A stretch of 64,000 nucleotides of DNA from Klebsormidium nitens (lineage: Eukaryota; Plantae; Klebsormidiophyceae): the NCBI GenBank assembly GCA_000708835.1, contig DF236978.1:186001-250000 (forward strand), in the 5' to 3' direction. The position numbers were made by a program, and so were the translations under genes. The stretch's first letter is position 1, and each line of letters starts with the position of its first letter. Below, piece after piece: positions 24,901-36,624 of this stretch. The notes beneath the pieces were generated by a model. The model saw nothing but the letters and a program-made list of their open reading frames with translations. It had not been told where the DNA came from and did no database searches.

Positions 24901-25860
24901 GCTTGAAGACTTTCGAAGCATTTTGTCAGGCTTCAGACTACTTCTCAAAGCTACCCCCGATGCTTATTTTGCAAGGGTATTCCCAGGCAAGCTATTGAGA
25001 AAAGTTAGATGTACAGCAAGCTGAGATTGCTTCAAATGAATCATGAAATTCTTGCAGGGGTGACTCTGCATGTGATCCATCGACCATGGCTTAATCGCAA
25101 CACCTGTGAGTCACCACCAGATGTCTGTCGATTGTGTTGTCAATCAGAGTTGCTTACCAGAGTCTGCCACTGAGGCAGGTTGTTGTCCCAAGCTGGCAGA
25201 CATCCCTTGGCCGGATGCACTGGGTACAGATTCTTGAGTTCCTGGAATTTGAACAAGAAACTGAGCACAACTTAGGACGTGGCTTGTCGTTCTGCTTGAA
25301 AAGACTCAGAACTACCTTCTGCTATTGATTCAGACAGCTCAACACTGGACGAGGCCATTCTTTCCTTTCATTCCAATTGGAGCATGTGAAAACCAACCAC
25401 CTAGTCTGGGATCAAGGGCAAGACAGCTCTAAACTGGACCAATGCATAGTTGCCCAAGATTGTCACTGCCTACAAAGTCAGCTCTGGTTTCAATCAGCAA
25501 TGGGCACTGGGCAGTTCCACGTCTCTGAATGAAATCCTGGAGCTTACCGCAGCCATCTGCTGGAATCTTTGACTTGTACCGCATGATGAAGTCCTCAAAC
25601 ACCCAGTCTGGATGCCTTTCGGCCAGGTATGCCTGCAGCTCCTTGTTGCTTGACAACATATGAGCACCAGGGGGGAACCAGTAGCGGTCCACATAGCATC
25701 CATCTTTGCCTACCCGCCTCCCGACCTTCCAACCCCAGCCTTCTGGAGCATATGGTGCCCCAACACCTTTTTCTAGAGGTTTGACCCCTCTCTGAACAGA
25801 GCTTTGGGCATCTGCTCCCGCTGGTGAGCTCACTGGCTGGGAGTGCGACAAAGCAGCCAT
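21961..25860 (-). CDS. Transposon partner protein: two MBD-like domains, acidic/Ala-rich linker, BAH domain, unassigned C-terminal region
   Basis: Two paralogous PYAPEGWGW.VG.R...DG...DRY..PPG....L.SN..L motifs (~25610-25760 and ~24510-24670). BAH-like exon 23353-22899 (IGQCVFLRSSEGGELPPFVVRITEIL...GYSFYRQSDI...EVFVSFE). Several phase-compatible GT-AG junctions, but the middle exons, the start and the link to the 21961-22509 ORF are not fully resolved. Confidence 0.65.
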
Positions 25861-26206
25861 GGACTTTTGTTGCCTGTACTAGCAAGCGTTCAGACTGAAG
25901 ATTCAAAAGAAAGCTTTCCCTGAAGTGAGCACAAACTCCAAGGGCCGGAGACAGCCGCCAAAATGGACCTTGTCGGAAACAGGGCCTTTTGTACGTCGAG
26001 CTCTGGCAAGAGACAGGCTCTACGGGGGTCATGTTGGCGGCAAATGCAACCCCCAGATTTGAATTGATATAATTCTGAAGTTGTAAGTTCGGCTCGAAGT
26101 TCCGAAGTCAAAATTCGAAGTTGCAGCAAGCCGTCTCTGATTGGTCGAATCGGTCGTGCGGATCTTCGGCAAACCGCCGTGGGGCCACAGAATTGCGTGT
26201 CGCGCG

Positions 26207-26241
26207 AACGACGGTCTGGAAAATTACGAATGAATGTAGTG
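26207..26241 (-). repeat. Right bipartite terminal inverted repeat of the 13.7-kb element
   Basis: Plus strand aacgacggtctgga-aaatta-cgaatgaatgtagtg; reverse complement of the left TIR with a 6-bp spacer. Confidence 0.85.
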
Positions 26242-28016
26242 AAGCTCAACACATCTGAGCATGCTTATCATGAGCTCACATCAAACTTACAGCCTTTTGG
26301 CCAAGCAAGCATATTACCACATGCACCTCTCCATGAAGTCTAGGAGAATCCCTTCGTCAGATCTTGAATCTGGAAACATGTTCCTAAGCACTACGGGCTG
26401 CTGAGTCCTGGCAGTGACAACGGTTTAGAGCTGGCTGCAGCTTGCTAGCTAATCAAACAAAATCCCCTCAAGAACCCACAATAGAGAGGCCGGCGGCATC
26501 TATACATCAAAACTGGATGCATCAAGCAATGAGGGACTGAGGCCCTCCTGAGGCGCAGGCACTCATGAGGCTAACAATGGGGCCCGTACCAATGATGCCC
26601 ATCATGCACAACGCCGGTTATAATGTAACTAGCCAGCATATCAAGTAAGCCTTTGGTGCTCTCTCAGAGCCTTCGCGTCGATAAGGAATGATTACATTTG
26701 GAGAAAGGGTCATGAAGATGTAGTCACAGATCCCTCACAGATAGTCTGGATGTAGTACCCGCAGCGTTCAGTGATCGATGCCAAACCACAGACTAAAACC
26801 TGAATCTTGCGATACAAGTGCAGCCAGCTCTTGTCCGTTCTTGTTTGCATTGCGCCACTTCTTGCTTGACGCCGCTTGTTCAATGGCTGCTGTCACACAG
26901 CTTGAGAAAGAGCGAGAAGTCCTTCTCTCCTTTCGGTGCATAGCTGTACTGAGTCCGTTACCGGAAAGCTAGTACCAAGTGCAGATCTGAGCTAATAGGG
27001 GTAACCTTTTCCTCATTCAATCCGGCTGCTTATGTAACCTATTTTCAGTCATGGACGGACTATGAAGAAGCTTCGACATTACGAAGTGAACGCAAACGTT
27101 TTCACCGTTACAATATAGCAGGCAAAGGCGATCGGATTCCATTGGTGAAAGTCATCAGATGCTATCCAAACAAGGTCACAATCAGCTGGACCCTAAAGCC
27201 ATATCAGTCGAGGTAAACGTTTCGTGACCACCCAATTACAGTGAACTCTGCCAATTAACCAGTACCGTCAGCCCGCGTCCGGACACCTGTATTCCCTTGC
27301 TTGTTCCGGCTTGGACGTCCGGACGGAGTAAGAGCGGAACATCGAGTCGATCCATCGTTGTAGATGGGACGCCTGCGCATGATGCGAATTCTGCGGATCA
27401 GCGGAAGGCTTGATACCAATCAAAGTCCACGTACAGGATCTTGGCCCACGCCAAGTACCGCTCCCGACGTACGAGCCCCGAGACATGCTCTCCCAATTCA
27501 TGTTGACGAAGAGCATGTCACTTAACAGAAAACAGTGCCCGGGGGAATTGAAGTGCACGGACAAGATTGAAAACCTAAACTTGTAAACCAGAAAATGACA
27601 CGCTCTGCACTTACATAGCCACCTTAACCGGCCCCCAAACATGACCCTACCCGCTCTCCGGGCATGCACTCTTCTTAGTCAACACACAGTCAACATGCAT
27701 GGAGACGTACACATTTCCAACGACGTACTCGCGAGCTTCTGGCATTGAACGGTGCATATTTGAATCGTTCCTATATATGAGACGGTCCTTTTCATGCATG
27801 CTAAGTTATGGGTTTAGCCGACGGTTCAGTGCATGATTATTACCCGTGCCACGCGTGACGTGGTGGTTGGCGATAGTTAAACCATCGACGGAGTGAGACA
27901 TATGTCACATACTATAAGATTCCGCCCCCTTTTTTCATGGGGAGCTAGGCAGGCTGCCATGGCTTGGTGGGCTGCCACCCCGATCGGATTGTCGACCGCG
28001 GCCCCCGCTTCTTCCT

Positions 28017-28790
28017 CCTTTCATGATCCTTTGTGATTGAAGTTAACTTGCATCGGTCATATATATCGCACAGGCTGGTTATACGCATTTTCGGGTTCCG
28101 GCACACCGTCGCGACGGTCGGACAACCGTTGCCCAACTGTTGGGCAACAGTTGCCCGACATGACATTGCAACAGCGTTGCAACACTGTCGCAACACTGAA
28201 AGTACGTTTTCGACATTCGATATATATACGCGAACAATATAACCGACCAGGCCGAGTTAAATTTTCAGACCACAAGTTTTACATCGTGGGCTGCGAATCT
28301 AGTAGATAAGCCAATGTCAAACTCGCGCGCCGGCCTTGCGGGACCCGACTTTTTCAAGGCTGCTAAGCCTATTGTCGAAGCAGATTGACACCATTCCCAT
28401 TTGAAAACGCCTCGTTGACACACTCTCCTGTAAGTTACAGTATGTTTCTAATGTCCTAGGCTCCTTAAGTCCCGAAGTAGAGACTGTGTCTTCAAGGGAA
28501 TTTGAAACGCGGTGTAATTTTCTTTTTTGCCCCTATTTAGAGGCATTTTACTGAGGTAGTGTTGCAACACTGTCTTTTTTGCCCCTATTTAGAGGCATTT
28601 TACTGAGGTAGTGTTGCAACACTGTCGCGACACTTTCGACAATGTCGCGGAGTTGTTGCCCGACGGTCGGGCAACGGCTGCGCAACCGTTGCCCAACCGT
28701 CGACGGACCGTCGCAGACCCAGAGTCTGCATATAACCAGCCTGTGCGTGAATCGTGATATGGACACTTCAACACTTGTGCATATGAAAGG
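28017..28790. mobile_element. Diverged foldback/MITE-like element with long, internally repetitive inverted arms
   Basis: The arm at ~28017-28200 matches the reverse complement of ~28600-28790 (exact core CGCACAGGCTGGTTATA, plus GGCAAC/GTTGCC and GTTGCAACAC motifs). Ends are approximate; no TSD recognised. Confidence 0.55.
28521..28626. repeat. Exact 52-bp tandem duplication
   Basis: tcttttttgcccctatttagaggcattttactgaggtagtgttgcaacactg occurs at 28521-28572 and again at 28573-28624. Confidence 0.95.
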
Positions 28791-29023
28791 CATGGGCGGT
28801 ACGTGTGCAAGTCACGGTACAATCGATGGCATTGTCAACGCAGACATGTTCCAATCTGACGACCGGGAATCTACCAGCTGCCAAACAATCCATGTTCGCT
28901 CAACGACATGTTGCGATCTGATTAATCCGGTCAGAAGAAGCACGCACATTTGACATATGCAGAGGGTGGTTTTGAAAATGAAGAGGTTGCCAGGTAATTC
29001 ACCTTGGCAAATATACCGGACGG

Positions 29024-32000
29024 CTACCGGACACCTGCTACGGTGCCACGGGGCACGAGCAAACCCGCCAGCGCCCCCCGCAAGTCTTCCGGCCCCATTC
29101 TCCGGGCCCCGCTTAAGAGCGGCCCCAGTTCATCACGACTATTCTCCGACTTCCCACCATCCCAAGCATCGTCACTGGCCGCATTCACATCTGCTGACGT
29201 GGACTCGTCAGGCCGATGCAAAATTTGCAGAAGGTCGGCTAGATACGAAGCGCCCCTCGCACGCTCCAGTCTTGCGCCCGCACTATTAGCAAAAAGCTGG
29301 TGGCCCAAGCGCCACGTGGCAGCGCTCAGCTGTGCCGGCGGCAGGTGCGCGCCTTTTTCGTAGTACTGTCGGGGCGCATCTTCGGCAGCCTCCGACTCTT
29401 CTTCATCTGAACTGTGCAAGGCCTGCCAAAGGATCCAAGATTTGAAGATGGTGAGAGGCGGGCCAAATGATCACATCTGATAAGTACGTAACGCAATTGA
29501 GAGCTGTGATGGTGCGGATATAGATGCTATTACGACCTTGGAGGCCTCCAAAAACGATCTGCAGAACAATGTTAGGACCCGGCTCTGGAAGATGCACACG
29601 CTGTCAGCGAAGCCGGACATCGGAGTTAAAGTAGAAGCCTATCAACCCGATTAACGCACAAACCTTGGCTTTTAGCGGGTCATTGCGAAAAGACTTGATA
29701 ACAATCTTGAACGGAGTGCTTAGGAGAGAACGGCGGAAACAGGACCCACGAAAGGAAGCAGACGCCCGCGCACGGAGGGCGGCTACACGTGTTGTTCTGC
29801 TCAATCTCCATCAAACAAGTCTTCTCATTGTGGACTGACCGCGTCCCTGGCTCCAATTGTATCTTGAAGCAATGGCTTGATTGGTCGTTTCTAAAACGTG
29901 AGACTGGCTCACTCTCAGACGATTCCAGCCTCGGATCAGGAAAACCCGAAATCTAGCTTCGGACCAGGAAACGAGCTGCGAGGGAGACATTTTACAGACG
30001 CTCGTGCGGCCACAGGTCTGAGATTGCCCGGGTTTGCCTGTCGGAACCGATTCGCACGAAACTGGGCGCACCGATTTTACTCCAGTTACCACTCCCTGCG
30101 CACAAGCAACAGACTCTTACTACAGCCCTTCGCGTAGAGCCTCTCCCTCTCTCGTTTTGTCTCGGGACTGATCTCCTTGCGCCTCACATATCATACCAAA
30201 GCCCTCACCTCGCTGCGGCGCGGTCTGGGCCCCCCGTCCGACTCCCCGTCCGAACCATCCCGGTCGAACCTCCCCCGGCCACTCTTCCGCCCCTGCTTAC
30301 AGATTACGCACGGGCAGTTGGGCCGGTGCAGTGCCGTCCCGGTTTTGAGCGGCTGCCGCGCCCTGACCCTGCCCGGGGGTCTCCCCCGGCCCCTCCTCGG
30401 CTCTGTGCCCTGAGCCTGCTCCTCTGGTTCTGAGTGGTCGGTTGACGTTTCGGGGGGCCGGGTCCGGAGGGGCGGCGACTGTATGCCCGGGGCAAAGCGC
30501 ACCCGCCGCTCGCGGTGTGGGCTGCTGCCTTCCGCCTCTGCAAAGGAAGCCGTTGAACCGGATTTGAAACGGTTCCTTGCTATGATCTTTTTTCCGTGAC
30601 GGTCGCGCTTTGTTTCGATGTTAGACCTGATGCCTTTTTGGGTATGTGGGGACTGAGAGTTCGACGGTGGAGGCCAAACGATGCGCCGGAGCCAGGCTAC
30701 AAGTGTTCTTAAGCCATTTATATACCGACCTGATTTTGAAAGACCCAACGCTGAGGGAAGGTAAAGCAGGAGAGAAGACGTTCCGTCATGAGTTAATCCT
30801 TTGAGCCCTGCCACAAATGAAGCAGGCTGCAAAGGGTGAAAACATTTTGCAGCCCAATGCGGAGCTAACAAGCGCGACCCGGGGCTATTTTGATACCATA
30901 ACATGGAAAAGGTAGAAAGTAATTAAGAAGTACAAAGCAATCTCTAGACGTAGGGAGAATCGCAACACCGCAACACGGAGCTGCGTCTGATCTGCTGAAC
31001 GATGAGAACCACGTCAATATTTCATCAGCAACTCCTTAGATCCAAATGTCGGTCAAATCTTCAACAACAGTACATCAGATCCGAATCCTTCCATGCATGT
31101 CCTCATCAAAGGACCGTGTGTTGAACTCTCATTCTCCAGCGGCAAGAGAAGACCGCTGTTCACAACGGATTTGCGATCGTTTACTTTCGCGTCTCATACC
31201 TGATTCGCTTCCTTCTTCCTCTTCGCCGCTGTCAGGCGGCGGGGGCGTCGCGGGTCTGCCTTCATCGTCCAGCGGTAACCCGGCCTTAACCCACTCGCTC
31301 TTGAAGCGGCGCTCCACCACTTCCAGCATCTCCACAATCGGGTCAGCTTCGTTGTTATACAGCCTGGAAAGCCGGATTAGGTGCTCGATGAGTAAGGTTT
31401 GCCCTCAACCCCAGAGAGTATCGGTTTGGTTGAGCCGAAGGTAGCAACTGTCAGAAGTTCACCCGGCGGCTGTACATCTACGCAGCATAACCGTCTCACT
31501 TCCGAGATAACCTCTGCTCAGAACTGGGACCCCAAACAGAAGGCAGGCGCGTGGCGGACAGGCGAGTTCACTCGCAAAGCTTAGCGGATCGGTCGGTTGT
31601 CTGGTCGTGCCGGAAGTGCCGACTGCACCGCACGAGATGCTATAACATCGCAGCGTGCTAGGAAGGATCAAAGTCTTTCCTCCAGCTTCTCTTCGCGGAG
31701 CTTCGGGCAAACGCACTGGGAACCCAAACCCGAACCCCGAAGTACCCTACAAAACGGGAGCACAAAATTCTGAAGGGACCTGAACCCACCTGAACCCTGT
31801 CCAAAGCTCACCTGCAGTTTTCGGACACTTGCCGGACGTCAGTGAGCATCTCCGCCACCCCTGGATACTCCCCCTTCTCTAGTTTCGTCCGTATCGTCCC
31901 AAAATCCATTGGACTCTTGACCACCTCCAAATAGTCCGGAATCCCGAGCCCCTCGGCATCGACAGGCACGTTGAACGGTTCCGCATCAGCGATCTGCATC

Positions 32001-35000
32001 GTCTTCTTGAGTGCGCCCAAGGCTTTTTTCAGCTGCGCCTCGGGGGAGTCCTCCGGTTTGGCCGCGGGCGCCGTGCGCCGCTTGTTGCTCTGCTTTTCGT
32101 CTTCCTGGGGGAGGAACGTAACGATGAGGAATGAGCCAGTGCTTGTGTTTTCGGACAGGAAGGGCGTAGAAGCAAGGGGTGGACATTCTGCTGGCCTTCT
32201 TTTGCAAGGGGGGCGTAGAACTAGAGGAAGAGTTCTGCTAAGTGCTTCTCTTCTTCCTGCGGGAGTACTGTAGAAGGGATGTTTGTAAAATCTGCTTGTC
32301 TGGTTCCTCAAAGGCTGTTCACGAGCAAGGAGTGAGACTTCCGCTTGGCTTCTCTCCGCGGCGCAGCATAGATGCTAGGGGGTAAGACTTTAGTTTGTAT
32401 GGGTCAGAAGCTAGGGATGGAGTTCTTCGTGTGCACTTCCCGAAGAAAGACAGGGAAGCGCTGGAAGCGCGGGGTGAAGAGATTGACGAGCTGGACCAGA
32501 AACACCGGCCTCTTTCCAAAACAAGGTATGATCATAGAAACCCTGGTGCATGCCAGTGATACAAACCGGCCACTCGACACGAATGTAATTTGCCCCGCGC
32601 CGATTCCGCTTACGCTGTAATAGTCGCTCGCCTTGTGCGAGCCCTTATGCCCCCCAAGCGCCTGCCCCGTGGCAAACACCAGCCCGCACACGTCGCAGGC
32701 CCACCCCCCGTCTGTGGCGTTGTTTTCGGCGGGGCGGCGACGCACCGGCGGTGAGGCGACTCCCGACGAGCTCCGCCGTGCGTTTTGCCGCTTGTCTTCC
32801 TCCTGAAAGAGGAGATTGCGGCTCTGGACATCGGCCATTTTGGCTGATACAGCGTTAACAGACCTTTGAAATTAGGAATGAGAGGGCCAAGTCTCCGCCT
32901 TTAAGCACTGTAAGGGGCCAGTGACAAGCTGCTTGCGACCCTCGGTGTGCGAACATGTCTTGCCAAGCTCCCAAACCTTGATTTGTTCTTGCAGCCTTTT
33001 CGATCGCCTATCGAGCCCCACAATTGGGACCTCGAATCACCAAAATCCCGACTCCCTTTATTTCTGAATTGGAACAACCAATTCCCAATCTCAAAAAGCT
33101 TAAATGCAGAAGTCGTTGCTCTTCGCTCTGCCAACAGCCCAAAAATTTCGCATCCCCGAAGTGCTATATCCTCACTCACGAACGACTACGTCGTTTTTCC
33201 TATTTTCCTGAAGCAGATCAATGATATTCACAACACCGTCTCTAAATGCTCCCAGTACAAAAGCGATTGGGCTGCGCGATTTAACGGTGGAAGCAATCAG
33301 GCTTACGGTGTACACGTCGGTCGGCTTGTGCGATCCCTTGTGACCCCCCAGGGCCTGCCCGTTACTGAAAATTGCGCCGCAAATCTGGCACTGGAAGCCC
33401 ATTTCGACAACCTTGGCCGGCGTCGGAGTAGGCTCCTGCGAGGACGGAATGTTTGTTTCCAACATTCTTTGGGTGCTTAACGCCTTCCATTCAAGACTCG
33501 CTTGCAGCTGAGGTTGGTTGCTTCTTCGGCTCGGGTTGCCAAGGACTCGATCTTGCACGCCGTTTGCAGTTTGCTTGTTTTTTGCGCCGTGACTTCGTCT
33601 CTGCTTGCGTCACTGCTCAGGAACAGAGTGCACGGCAGACAGAACATCCAATGATAAAAAGGGAAGAGAAACTGGAACGGCACCTGATTAGGTGGCCTAC
33701 CTAACACCTTTCGGCTCTTAGCGCTTCTACCAGACATACAGAAGCTGCAAGAGCTCCACGAGGCCTTTCCATCTTACATCCTTCTAACATGGGCAAAGTG
33801 CACAAGAAGCAGAATAGCACCAGGAACGTCTTCGTTCACTCCTCTTTGCACGCAAGTCCGCATTTGGGGCAAAGTTCTGGCAACAACTAGAACGGGCCAC
33901 ATCAAGCTGGCCGCTCCGCTAGCTCACCTCCCTGCTACTACGGTGCGATCCCTTGTGCCCCCCCAGTGCCTGCGCAGAGGCGAAGCTCCGGCCGCACTCG
34001 GGGCAGGTGAACTCCCCGTCCTCCTGCTCGGAGGACTTCCCCGATCGCTTCAGCCGGATCAGAATCGGTCCTTCGCTACCCTGGGGGGAGCCCGGGGGAG
34101 TGCTTTCACCGTCATCTTCCTCTTCTTCGGCTGCTTCAGGGACAGCTTGCTTCTGCACGTACAGCGTAAAACACGTGTAGGTGTCCTGATTTTGAAGCAG
34201 GCAGAAGCGCTGCGTCTGTCTGCTACCTTCAAAACCGGGGTCGGATGCTCGTAGAAGAAGAAGAAAAAGCCGGGATGGAACACGCTCTACTTTAGGGCAA
34301 GTACTCGCAAATTTCTTGCTTGCGTAAGTTGAAGTGTCGGACGTTTCTAGGGTCAGCTGCTCTTTCGAAACAACTCAGGGGCTCGATCGGCAATCGGAAT
34401 TGCCTGTCCTAACGGACAGACTTTCTCAGAGACAAGATGCGCGGATTAAGTGGACTGTAGGCAGCTGCGAGCTTTTGAATTTGAAGCCCCCTTTGCCCAC
34501 CTTAGCATGCTCCGCACCTGACGCCCCCTGAACCCCAAACTTGACCTAGCCATGGCTCTGTTAACCTAATTGAACACTAACATCGGCCGAGACAAAATTG
34601 AGAGCTTGAGGCCCTCCTTTACCTTGCTTCCCCTTGGCGTCTCCGGGCCCGCACTCTTCTTCCCCGCATGCGCCAAGCGCTTGGCGCACTGTGACAGGTG
34701 GCCGTACAGCCGCACCTGCTCCGAAAAGACGCGCCCGCAGTGCTCGCATGGAAACTCTTCGCCCGTCGGCTTTTTGGGTCGGCCCGAGACGCGCGTCGGA
34801 GGAGGAGTGGGCGGCGCTTTCTGGAGAGAGTCAGATTTGCAACCGTAAGCGGACCGTTCTATTGCTGCTAATCTGCCCCTGGAATTCGATTTTCACAGGA
34901 GTATCAAAACAATAACAACAAGATGGTACCAAAAAGATACTTAGAAAGCCAACCACAGCAATATCCGTTGAGAAGCATCTTCTCGACTTTGACTTTGAAA

Positions 35001-36624
35001 GTCTTGTCGGCTTGTCCTGCGGATCTTCCGCAGGTCTGAAGGGCTTGCAGAAAGCTTGCAAAAAATTCAGACATGCTCTCTGTCTATATTCGACTCCCGT
35101 TTCTCATAGCATTACATTCTTCCCACAGCAATAGTAAACTTCAAAGCCCCAAGGATTGGCTACAATATGCAACTCACTTGTGCAGTAGCAAACTTTGGAC
35201 GATCAAAGGGATGCGGCTCGAGGTTGAGGTTCTGCGTGCGGGTTGCGCAGCGAGGCGTGTGGCCCCACAGTGCCGCCAGCACTGCAAAGCGCTTCCCGCA
35301 ATGCTCGCACGCATGAGGCTTGTCAATTGCATCTTGATCCAAGTCCGCAGCCTTGCGCTTCCGGACTCTTGGTTGGGGGTGGTCGTTTTGGGGGGCTGGT
35401 TCGGGAGGTGGAACGCGTCTCGGACGGGTGGAGTATGAGCGGGGGTCTGAGAGTTGGAGCAATGCGTCCTGCAGGGCCATGATGTTGTATAGGTTCGACA
35501 ATTAGGTCCCTCTTGTATGCTTGTCTTCTCCCTTTTGTTTTAGTGACCATGCACAGCAATCCTAATGAAAGCCACTGGAGGGAGGCCGCTTGAAAATACC
35601 GACTTCCTTGACTAAATAAGCAGGTTTACTTTACCTGCTTCATTGCCAGAGCTTTCTATCAAACTGTCTTCCAGTGTGCCTTGATTCCAACACTTGATCT
35701 ATTCCAACACTTGATCTATAGCAGTGCACTCACTCGCTCTACGAAACTTCGGCCCATGTTCACTTCAAATGAGCAAGTTTAGAGATTCTATCTGCGAGAA
35801 CTAGAATTCCAAGTTGCGGGGAAAAGCTGTACATGTGAGAACATTGAATTTTGGCTCTGGGTGGAGTTTGGGGCTCACCTCTTTCTCTTGCTGGTCCCTG
35901 TCAATCTCCTCCCCATCCAATGCATCCTGAAACAGGTCGTCTTCATCTGCAAGGAAGCAGAAAGGGCGGGCTTTCCATGCTAACTCAGTTGACCACTCAC
36001 TCCCCCAGCTGCTCAGAACGTCACTGGCTTCCAGCAAACGTTGCATACACTCCATGCACGGACTACTGCTCCCCTGGACTTTCTGCCACCACGAAATGGA
36101 TATAAACAACCGAACGGAATGGAGCGCCTATCTGGTGGTTAAGAATCATTGGAGGGGGACAGGGGGGTAAAGTTGAGGAACAACAAGTTTTCTTGACAGC
36201 ATCACCTGCAAAGCTGCCACTCATGATTGTCTAAGTTGAAGTATTGAAGCAGAAAAATTTCTAAAGAATTCGAAGGTACAGATCAGGGGGATGATTATAT
36301 CATCATGCGCGGAGCTCCTGAAACACAGACAACAATCATGAGAATGGCTGGTGGCAGAATTTTCGACCATAATCAATGCAACACAACAGTGGTCGATCTT
36401 GAGCAAGGTAAAATGGGGGCATCACGTGTCGACAAGCATGTTGCATAAGAATATTGAAATTACCACCAACAATTGAGATCAATAACAATAAACAATGCAA
36501 TGCCTTCAGTGAGCTTGACGCATTTACCTTCATTTGATTCCATGCCTGATGTGTCTCCGTCCTCTTCCTCCATTGCGTGGCCCTGTTCTGCCCTTTGCCT
36601 GGACCTCGAGCGATGGCTCGCCAT
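29024..36624 (-). CDS. Multi-zinc-finger (2 C2HC + 3 QALGGH C2H2), bromodomain, AT-hook chromatin protein
   Basis: Phase-consistent 5' exons 36624-36528 and 35946-35879, then an exon starting at 35468. Fingers CEHC-x12-H-x3-C (~35300, ~34700) and C..C...F..[G/A]QALGGHKGSH (~33980, ~33360, ~32660). Bromodomain split across ~32060-31812 (PFNVPVD...IPDYLEVVKSPMDFGTI) and an exon starting at 31363 (LYNNEAD...FKSEW). RGRGRPPG AT-hook and HRPNCPCVIC at ~30300-30400. The 3' end at 29024 is tentative. Confidence 0.78.

Larger units (their letters stand above)
12570..26241. mobile_element. 13.7-kb two-gene DNA transposon (CMC/Transib/RAG1-like group) with CACTA-starting TIRs
   Basis: Left end CACTACATTCACTCG-cctcatg-TCCAAACCGTCGTT; right end (reverse complement) CACTACATTCATTCG-taattt-TCCAGACCGTCGTT; AA on both outer flanks (12568-12569, 26242-26243). 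It encloses exactly a DDE transposase gene (+) and a convergent MBD-like/BAH gene (-). Confidence 0.85.

Noticed and set aside
21961-25860. Calling the convergent partner gene RAG2-like
   Set aside because: No kelch/beta-propeller repeats or PHD were seen; its domains are MBD-like and BAH. The resemblance to ProtoRAG is in layout only.
28040-28770. CRISPR-like array
   Set aside because: The repeats are degenerate palindromes without constant length or unique spacers, there are no cas genes, and the context is eukaryotic.
29024-36624. Zinc-finger/bromodomain gene as a third component of the transposon
   Set aside because: It lies ~2.8 kb outside the right TIR and looks like a host gene; its proximity is probably coincidental.
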